Positions 56,745-64,000 of a stretch of 64,000 nucleotides of DNA are shown here, one piece after another. Numbering within the stretch: the first letter of the stretch is position 1; every line of letters begins with the position of its first letter. The translations under genes were made by a program, and so were the position numbers. The notes beneath the pieces are model-generated. The model was not told the DNA's origin. It did no database searches and saw only the letters and a list, made by a program, of their open reading frames with translations. Source of the stretch: Trueperaceae bacterium (lineage in GTDB: Bacteria; Deinococcota; Deinococci; Deinococcales; Trueperaceae). Where the stretch lies: assembly GCA_034521815.1 (NCBI GenBank), contig JAXHLW010000013.1, positions 928,001 through 992,000 on the forward strand. Reading direction: 5' to 3'.

Positions 56745-57521
56745 TCAGGGCAGCTCGTCGCGCCAGGCGGCCGCGTCCGAGGTGGTCGCGATCCCCAGCA
56801 AGCCCTGATCGTGCCGACCGTGCTCGGTGATCAGGACCGCCTCGAGCCGGGGGGCGTCGACGAACGCCTCGACGACCTCCAGCGCAGGGACGTCCCGCGC
56901 GACGAAGATCCAGTCACGCCGGTCCTTCTGGACGGCCAGAACGTCGGCGACGGTCCGTCCTGCGATCGCGCCCAGCGGCCCGTCGGACGGATCGCGAGGC
57001 GGCTCCGAGGGCGCATCGAACGTCGCCGCGAGCCAGCGGACGATCCCGGCCGCCGTGAGCAGCCCCTCGAACGCGCCGGCGTCGTACACGGGAAACTGGG
57101 TGATCGAGCGGTCGCGGATCGTCGCCAGGACGTCGGCCAGACGGTCGCTCACGTCCACGGCGACCACGTCGCGCCGAAACGCCTCGTCGGCACGGACCGG
57201 CGTGACCAGGCGATCGTGAATCGCGCGGATCTCGTTCAGAACGTCCCGACTTGGAATCGACAGGTACGCGAAGCGCTCGTAGCGGTCGTGCACGATCACG
57301 TTGCGCAGGTCGGAGAACGCCAGCATCGCTTCGAGGTCGCCGCGCCACCAGCGGTGCCGGTCCGCGAAGCGGTGCGCCGCGGTCTTGAACCCTTCGTGGT
57401 CGGCGACGCCGGTGCGCCGCTTCAGCTCGCGCTCGATCCGGTTGAACGCGGTCAGGAACTCCTCGGCCTCGTGCGTGCCGGGGGGCGGACCTTCAGGGCG
57501 ATCGTCAGCTGGTGCGGTCAT
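56745..57521 (-). CDS. HEPN-like + CBS domain protein (copy B)
   Basis: paralog of 45254-46030. Confidence 0.75.
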   Translation of the reverse strand: MTAPADDRPEGPPPGTHEAEEFLTAFNRIERELKRRTGVADHEGFKTAAHRFADRHRWWRGDLEAMLAFSDLRNVIVHDRYERFAYLSIPSRDVLNEIRAIHDRLVTPVRADEAFRRDVVAVDVSDRLADVLATIRDRSITQFPVYDAGAFEGLLTAAGIVRWLAATFDAPSEPPRDPSDGPLGAIAGRTVADVLAVQKDRRDWIFVARDVPALEVVEAFVDAPRLEAVLITEHGRHDQGLLGIATTSDAAAWRDELP

Positions 57522-58777
57522 GGCCGACTGTACCCAGCGCCCCTGCCGCCACGCCCTGCCCGCCGTGCGGCACGACCGCACCGACGTCCGCGAGGGGGAC
57601 GGTCTCCTCCGCCAGGAAGCGCCTGAGGAACACGCGCGTGGCGCCCACCGCGGTCGCCTCGGCCGCGACGACGTGGGCCCGGCGCACGATCAGCGCGTTG
57701 TCCAGCAGGGTGGGAAGGCGACGCCGGACGTTCGTCTCGAGCCGGTCCAGAAGGGCGGCGGGGGCGCCGGCGAGGCCCCCGCCGATCACCAGCAGCTCCG
57801 GCTGCAGCAGGTGGACGAACGCGGCGACCTGGTCGCCGAGCACCCCCAGCATCCGTGTGATCACGCGTTCTGCCGGCTGCTCGCCCTGGGCGGCGCGGAG
57901 GAGGATCTCGTCGAGCCGCCGCCGCACCTGCGCCGGGGTTCGCGGGGAAGGCGGGCGCTGGGAGGAGGGTCCCTGCACCGACTCCGGCCCCGGCGTGCCC
58001 GCGGCTTCGCGTTCGTAGCTGGCGACGAGTCCGTGCATGCGGAGCAGCTCGGCGTCGCTGGCGTCGCCCCCTCCGGCCAGGAGCTCCGGCCCGACCAGGC
58101 CCGCGTTGCCGAACGGTCCCGCGTACGGCGCCCCGTCCAGGAACATGGTGAACTTGACGCCTTCGGCGTACCCGACGTAGGCGTACGTTCGCGCCTCTTC
58201 GCCCAGGCCGAACTCGGCGCTGGCGAGGGCGTCCATGTCGTTTCCGATCGTGACGTGGAGCCCGGTCGCCTCGCGAAGTCGGCCGGCGAGCGGCAGGTTG
58301 TTCCAGTTCGGGACCCGGCCGATCGTCACGACCGTGCCGGTGACGGGATCGATGAAGCCCGGCGTCGCGATCCCCAGGCCCACCACCCGCCGCTCGGGCC
58401 GGCGCCTGCGGAGATCGGCGAGGAACGCCAGCACCGCTTGGTGCACCGCGTCCGGCTCCGAGGTCGACCAGCTCGTCGGGAACGACGTCGTCCAGAACCC
58501 GGCCGGTCAGGTCGGTGGCGACGAGGCGCATGCCGGGATGGGCGAGGTGGACGCCGACCAGCGTCAGGACGTCGTCGTCGAGGCCGAACAGGTTGGCGGG
58601 CCGCCCGCCGGTCGCCTCCTCGCGCCCGACCACACGGGTCCAGCGTGCCGACGTGAGCTCCTGCACGGCGCGCCGCAAGGTCGGCGGACTGGTCCCGGTC
58701 GCGCCGGCGAGGTCGGCCAGCGACATCGGCCGGACGGCGAGCTGCGTGAGGATCGATCGTTGCATGTCCATGGTCAT
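57505..58777 (-). CDS. ROK family transcriptional repressor, frameshift near 58460
   Basis: HTH (SLADLAGATGTSPPTL), TGGRPA, GLGIATPG, IGNDMDA.A.AE, LLVIGGG. Confidence 0.88.
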
Positions 58778-58840
58778 CGGTTTCAAAGGGCCGCCGGGCT
58801 GCACCATACCCGGCCGGCCGCGGGGCAGGGAGGTGGGTTG

Positions 58841-58871
58841 ACACCTTTTGGAAAGTGTAATACAAAAGAGT
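58841..58871. promoter_or_regulatory. AT-rich ROK operator-like site between divergent genes
   Basis: CTTTTG-N12-CAAAAG inverted repeat; TTGACA at 58838. Confidence 0.55.
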
Positions 58872-58961
58872 ATCCTTTTTCGCTCGCGGACCGCCGCAGG
58901 CGCCACAGCCCGACACCCCACTTCATGATCGAGCCCCAGCTTCAGGAGGCCCTCCGTCACG

Positions 58962-60503
58962 ATGCTCCCCGGCTACGAAGGACTCTCGCCCCGCTACGGC
59001 GACCTCCACAACCACTGCGCGCTCAGCTACGGCGCCGGGTCGGCGGAGGACGCGCTCCGCAACGCGCGCCTGCAGCTCGACTTCGTCAGCGTCACCGTTC
59101 ACGGCGCCTGGCCCGACGTCCCGCGCGACGATCCCGACCTCGACTACCTCGTCGCCTACCACGACCGCGGCTTCGAGCGCGCCCGCGAGGTGTGGGACGA
59201 CTACCTCGCCCTGACCGACGCGGCGTACCAGCCGGGCCGGTTCGTCACGCTTCCGAGCTTCGAATGGCATTCGATGGCGTACGGCGACTACTGCGCCTAC
59301 TTCAAGAACGGCGCGGGCACCCGCATCGTCGACGCGCCCGACCTTCCCTCCCTGCGAACCGCGGTCCAGGCGATGAGCGAGGACGCCATGCTCGTCCCCC
59401 ACCACATCGGCTACCAGCGGGGCTACCGAGGCATCGACTGGCGCGCGTTCGACGAGTCGCTGTCGCCGGTCGCCGAGATCGTCTCGTTCCACGGCGCAGC
59501 CGAGAGCTGCGACGGCCCCGTCCCGTACCTGCACGCCATGGGGCCCCTTCACGTCGAGGGCACGGCCCGCCACGGCTGGCGGATGGGGCACCGCTTCGGG
59601 GTGATCGGCTCCACCGACCACCACGCCGCCGTTCCCGGAGCGTACGGCTACGGACGCCTGGGCGCCTGGCTGCCCTCGCTGGACCGGGACGCCCTCTGGG
59701 AGGCGCTCCGCCAGCGTCGCACCTGGGCCCTGACCGGCGACCGGATCGACCTCGCGTTCACGGTGAACGGCACGCCGATGGGCGGCGTGGCCGCGCCCGC
59801 AGAGACGCGCGAGGTCGAGGTCGACGTACGCGGAGGCGACGGGATCGAGTACGTCGAGATCCTGCACGACGAGCGCGTCGTGCACCGTGAGAGCGTGTTC
59901 CCGCAGCGCGCAGGCCCCGGCCGCGTCAAGGTGCACGTCGAAGTCGGCTGGGGCGAAGCCAAGCACGCGACCCTCTGGGACGTCACGCTCCGCGTTCGCG
60001 ACGGCGCCGTGACGTCGGTCGAGCCACGCTTCCGCGGTCCCCTTCCCAGCGTGCCGCCGCGCGAGGGCGAGCCGTTCTCGCCGCACACGCTGGAGCGGCC
60101 CTCGCCGGACGCCGTCCGTTTCACCACGAGAACCTGGCCCAACCCGGCCTCGGCGGTTCCGGCCAGCGAAGGGGTCTGCCTCGAGCTCGACGTGGACGAC
60201 GCGACGGTGCTCGACGCCGAGGTCAACGGCCAGTCGATCGAGATTCCCCTGCGCGACCTGTTCGAAGGGTCGCGCTCGCACCACCTGGCAGGCTTCGTCT
60301 CCCCCGCGGTCCGCATTCGCCGCGCCATCGCAGAATCCGAGTTCGCCACCCGATTCCGCTTCCGCCACCAGGTCCCGGCCGCAGACGATGATCTGTACCG
60401 GGTCCGGGTCCGCCAACGCAACGACCAGTGGGCGTGGAGCTCCCCCGTCTGGGTCGGAGATCCCCCGTCCGGAAAGGAGCGCGCAGAAGGCCGAGCCCGG
60501 TAG
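58962..60503 (+). CDS. PHP-fold metallohydrolase (DUF3604/CehA-McbA-like)
   Basis: YGDLHNH, LDF.SVT.H, FEW, PHH, EI.S.HG, GSTDHH, AWSSPVW. Confidence 0.75.
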   Translation: MLPGYEGLSPRYGDLHNHCALSYGAGSAEDALRNARLQLDFVSVTVHGAWPDVPRDDPDLDYLVAYHDRGFERAREVWDDYLALTDAAYQPGRFVTLPSFEWHSMAYGDYCAYFKNGAGTRIVDAPDLPSLRTAVQAMSEDAMLVPHHIGYQRGYRGIDWRAFDESLSPVAEIVSFHGAAESCDGPVPYLHAMGPLHVEGTARHGWRMGHRFGVIGSTDHHAAVPGAYGYGRLGAWLPSLDRDALWEALRQRRTWALTGDRIDLAFTVNGTPMGGVAAPAETREVEVDVRGGDGIEYVEILHDERVVHRESVFPQRAGPGRVKVHVEVGWGEAKHATLWDVTLRVRDGAVTSVEPRFRGPLPSVPPREGEPFSPHTLERPSPDAVRFTTRTWPNPASAVPASEGVCLELDVDDATVLDAEVNGQSIEIPLRDLFEGSRSHHLAGFVSPAVRIRRAIAESEFATRFRFRHQVPAADDDLYRVRVRQRNDQWAWSSPVWVGDPPSGKERAEGRAR

Positions 60504-60552
60504 CACGCCCCCTTCGCCATCGGCGCACGACGCGCCCCCAAGGAGACCCTCC

Positions 60553-61847
60553 ATGACGACCGCCTTCCGACTGTTTCTCACACTCGCCCTCGCCTTCGCG
60601 GCGACCGCCTTCGCCCAATCGTCCGAGATCGACTGCATCACCGACGACCCCGCCACCATCACCTACGTCGGCGACCCCGTCGGCAACCTCGGCGAGATCG
60701 AGCTCGAGTCGATCGCCGCGTTCGAAGAGGCCTGCCCGCACATCACGGTCGAACGCGTCCCCGGGCCGGCCAACGCCAGCGACCTGCTGGCCAACTACCT
60801 CACCATGCTCGAAGCCGGCAGCGGCGACATCGACGTCATGCGCGTCGACGTGATCTGGCCCGGCGTGCTGGCCGAGAACCTCGTCGACCTCGCGCCCTAC
60901 TTCAGCGACGAGGAGCTCGACGCGCACTTCCCCGGCTACATCGAGAACAACCGCATCGGCGACGAGATGGTCGCGATCGCCTTCCGGCTGGGCGCGGGCA
61001 TGCTCTACTACCGCACCGACCTGCTCGAAAAGTACGGCTACGACGGACCGCCCGCCACCTGGGACGAGCTCGAGGCGATGGCCGCGACGATCCAGGAAGG
61101 CGAGCGGGCCGACGGCCACGACGAGTTCTGGGGCTTCGTCTGGCAGGGCAACAACTACGAAGGCCTCACCACCAACGCGCTCGAATGGCAGATCTCCAAC
61201 GGCGGCGGCAGCATCGTCAGCCCTGACGGCGAGATCGAAGTGAACAACGACGCCACCATCGAAGCGTTCGAGCAGGCCGCCGGCTGGGTCGGCACCATCA
61301 GCCCGCCCGGGGTCGTCGGCTACGCCGAAGAGGACGCACGCGGCGTGTGGCACGCCGGCAACGCGGCGTTCATGCGCAACTGGCCGTACGCCTACAGCAC
61401 CACGCTCGACAGCGAAGCGATCTCCGACGACTTCGAGGTCGCAGCCCTTCCGGCCGGCGACTCCGGCGAGTACGCCGCCACCATGGGCGGCTGGAGCATC
61501 GGCGTGAACCGCTACAGCGAGAACGTCGAAGCCGCCGTGGCGTTCGCCGAAGCACTTCGCGTCGTACGAGGAGCAGAAGCGCCGCGCGATCGAGAACGCC
61601 ATCAACCCGACGATCGCCGCGCTCTACCAGGACGCCGACGTGATCGAGGCCACGCCGATCTTCGAGGGCCTCGACGAGGTGTTCATGGGCGCCGCTCCGC
61701 GACCCTCGACCGTGACCGGGTCGGACTACAACCAGGTCTCGACGCTCTACTCGACCGCCGTGCACAACGTCCTGACCGGCGAGCGAAGACGCCGCGACGG
61801 CGATGGCGCTGCTCGAGCTCGACCTCGAAGCGCTTCTCGGCGACTGA
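60553..61847 (+). CDS. carbohydrate ABC substrate-binding protein (trehalose/maltose-like), frameshifted
   Basis: signal peptide, DVIWPG, LYYRTDLL, WQG..YEGLT, FMRNWPY, GGW. Confidence 0.85.
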
Positions 61848-61908
61848 TCGCTCTCCTCTCCGGAGAGCGCCGCTGGCCGCTCGCCGGGCCTATCTTGCGG
61901 AGAACCCT

Positions 61909-63474
61909 ATGAACCGCGCCTCCCGACCCGCTCGTCCGGATCCGACCCCGTCGACGCGTGCCTTGGGCGCGCTGCTGGTCGTGGCGGGGCTCGGCGCCAT
62001 CGTCGCGCTGGTCGTCGCGGTCGCCACGAACCCCGACGTCCGTGCCGGCTTCGACACCTCCCTCGGCGACGACCGCCCGTCGTGGATCCTCGCGATCCTC
62101 GACCGGTTCGGCCTGCTCGTGCCCGGGCTGATCCTCGCCGTCGGGGCCACGATCGTCCGAGCCGGGATCGACGTGGCGCGACGCGAGGCGGCGACCCTGC
62201 GCATGACCCGTGACGCCGCTCTCTGGGCCGTGATCGCGCTGGGCATCGCGACCGTCGCGAGAGCGCTGCAAGGAGCACCCCTGGTCCCGGCCGGAGCGTC
62301 GCCGTGGGCGTCGCTGACGACCGGCACGCTGGGTCCGCTGCTCGGGGCGGGCGCAGCGCTGGCCCTTCGGCTCGGTCTGAGCCGCGCCGCCGATGCGCCC
62401 GACCTGCCCAACGAGCCGCTCCCCGCGCGCGAGCGGCGCGCCGCCTGGAACCTGCTGGTGCCGGCCCTGCTGATCCTGGTGATGGTGGCCGCCCGTCCAC
62501 TCGAGGCGACGATCATCACCAGCCTCACCGACAAGCGTTTCGCCTCCGACCAGGTCCCGAACTTCGTGGGGCTGAAGCACTACCGCGAGCTGCTCACCGT
62601 GCGGTTCGACGAGCTCCAGTGCCGCCGCGACGACGCAGGGCGCATGCGCGACGGAACGCGCGACGGACAGCGTGCGCTGGGATGCCGCTTCCACGCGATC
62701 GCCTGGTCGAGGGCTACCGGACCGCGTTCGACCTGGAACGTTCCGTTCCTCACGCCCGACGACCGAGCGATCTCGGTCAGCGCGCTCGACCGACTGTGGA
62801 TTCGCAGCATCTGGGTCACGCTCGTCTTCACCGTCTCGTCGGTGTCGCTGGAGCTCGTGCTGGGGCTGTTCATCGCGATGACCGTCCACTCCAGCTTCCG
62901 CGGCCGCGGCGCGATGCGGGCGGTGATGCTGATCCCCTGGGCCATCCCCACGGTCGTGTCGGCACGGCTGTGGGAGCTGATGCTCAAGGACACCAGCGCG
63001 GGCGTCGTGAACCGCTTCCTGATGAGCATCGGAGCGATCGACATGCCGCAGGCCTGGCTCACCACATCGGCGCTGCAGCTTCCCTCGGTGATCATGATCG
63101 ACGTCTGGAAGACCGCGCCGTTCATGGCGCTGCTGCTGCTCGCGGGGCTGCAGGTGATCCCGAAGGAGCTGTACGAGTCGGCCAAAGTCGACGGCGCCAG
63201 CCCGTTCCGCGAGTTCGTCGCGATCACCCTGCCGCTGCTCAAGCCCGCGATCGGCGTGGCGCTGATCTTCCGCACGCTCGACGCGCTGCGGGTGTTCGAC
63301 CTGTTCCAGGTGCTGTTCGGGCGGGCCTCGCACAGCATCTCGACCTACAACTTCGACGTGCTGATCAACAATCAGCAAGCCGGCTACGCCTCGGCGATCG
63401 GGGTGTTGATCTTCGTGCTGATCTTCGGCTTCGCCGTGGCGTACGTTCGCGTGCTGGGGGTGAACCGCTCGTGA
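61909..63474 (+). CDS. carbohydrate ABC permease (MalF-like) with extended N-terminus
   Basis: LIPWAIPTVV, DVWKTAPF, ELYESAKVDGAS, DALRVFD. Confidence 0.85.
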   Translation: MNRASRPARPDPTPSTRALGALLVVAGLGAIVALVVAVATNPDVRAGFDTSLGDDRPSWILAILDRFGLLVPGLILAVGATIVRAGIDVARREAATLRMTRDAALWAVIALGIATVARALQGAPLVPAGASPWASLTTGTLGPLLGAGAALALRLGLSRAADAPDLPNEPLPARERRAAWNLLVPALLILVMVAARPLEATIITSLTDKRFASDQVPNFVGLKHYRELLTVRFDELQCRRDDAGRMRDGTRDGQRALGCRFHAIAWSRATGPRSTWNVPFLTPDDRAISVSALDRLWIRSIWVTLVFTVSSVSLELVLGLFIAMTVHSSFRGRGAMRAVMLIPWAIPTVVSARLWELMLKDTSAGVVNRFLMSIGAIDMPQAWLTTSALQLPSVIMIDVWKTAPFMALLLLAGLQVIPKELYESAKVDGASPFREFVAITLPLLKPAIGVALIFRTLDALRVFDLFQVLFGRASHSISTYNFDVLINNQQAGYASAIGVLIFVLIFGFAVAYVRVLGVNRS

Positions 63475-64000
63475 CGCGCTCCCGACTTCGCCACCTCGCG
63501 CAGCGCACCGCGTTCTACTTCCTGGTGCTGCTGGTCGCGCTGTACGCCCTGGTGCCGTTCATCTGGGCGATCTCGACCTCGCTGAAGGGCGAGAGCGAGC
63601 TGTTCGGACCGGCCACGCTGATCCCGCGCGATCCCACCTTCGCGAACTACGCCAACGTGCTGAGCAGCGGGCCGTTCATGATGTCGCTCGCGAACTCGGT
63701 CCTCGTCGCCGGCGGCAGCGCGGTGCTGGCGCTCGGCGCTGGATCGTTCGCCGCCTACGCGCTGGGACGGCTCCGGTTCCGAGGCAAGCAGGCGATGCTG
63801 TACGCGGTGCTGGCGATGACGATGTTCCCGCAGATCTCGGTGCTCAGCGGCATGTACGAGAACGTCCGCGAGCTGGGCATCTTCGGTACGCAGGCGGCGA
63901 TGCTGTACGCCTACCCGCTGTTCACGCTGCCGTTCGCCGCCTGGGTACTGACCAGCTTCTTCCGTGGTCTCCCGCGCGAGATCGAGGAGGCCGCCGTCGT
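63471..64000 (+). CDS. carbohydrate ABC permease (MalG-like), truncated by window edge
   Basis: PFIWAISTSLK, NY, AAYALGRL.F.G, MFPQI, LPFA.W, LPREIEEAA. Confidence 0.85.
   Translation, partial: MTRSRLRHLAQRTAFYFLVLLVALYALVPFIWAISTSLKGESELFGPATLIPRDPTFANYANVLSSGPFMMSLANSVLVAGGSAVLALGAGSFAAYALGRLRFRGKQAMLYAVLAMTMFPQISVLSGMYENVRELGIFGTQAAMLYAYPLFTLPFAAWVLTSFFRGLPREIEEAAV

Larger units (their letters stand above)
46612..58044. repeat. copy B of the diverged tandem duplication
   Basis: colinear with 33753-46552; lacks most of IS110; many indels at 51520-52160. Confidence 0.95.

Noticed and set aside
60388-63474. 1028-aa SBP-permease fusion (also 31368-33584, 27921-29801 and 15820-17391 as fusions)
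   Set aside because: Separate start and stop signals are visible for each gene; the long ORFs come from indels or open alternate frames.

Overview
High-GC bacterial chromosome segment, most likely Deinococcota (Trueperaceae-like). This assignment is an inference from the rpsO-pnp-rnj synteny and the many leaderless TANNNT-N6/7-start genes. Many genes carry single-base indels that look like long-read errors. From left to right: housekeeping rpsO-pnp-rnj; tRNA-Pro(GGG) with a decayed 2.3-kb island bounded by a 49-bp att duplicate; a glycine betaine ABC transporter; a lysS-like relic plus a nucleotidyltransferase pair; a KaiA-less kaiB-kaiC-PAS/GGDEF operon; pcs-like gene, DUF302 and prfC; and a less GC-biased catabolic island (24.3-33.7 kb). 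Next comes a diverged tandem duplication (33753-46552 and 46612-58044). It holds ABC efflux genes, an unusual arsR-acr3 operon with two Cys-tailed YlbF/Ric-like proteins and a PIG-L deacetylase, thiol-redox genes, a radical SAM gene and a HEPN-like/CBS gene. Copy A contains an intact IS110 (IS621-like) element whose four bridge-RNA guides and circle-junction promoter can be read from the sequence. Copy B keeps only a 51-bp scar of that element. The window ends in a ROK / PHP-like hydrolase / sugar ABC locus.
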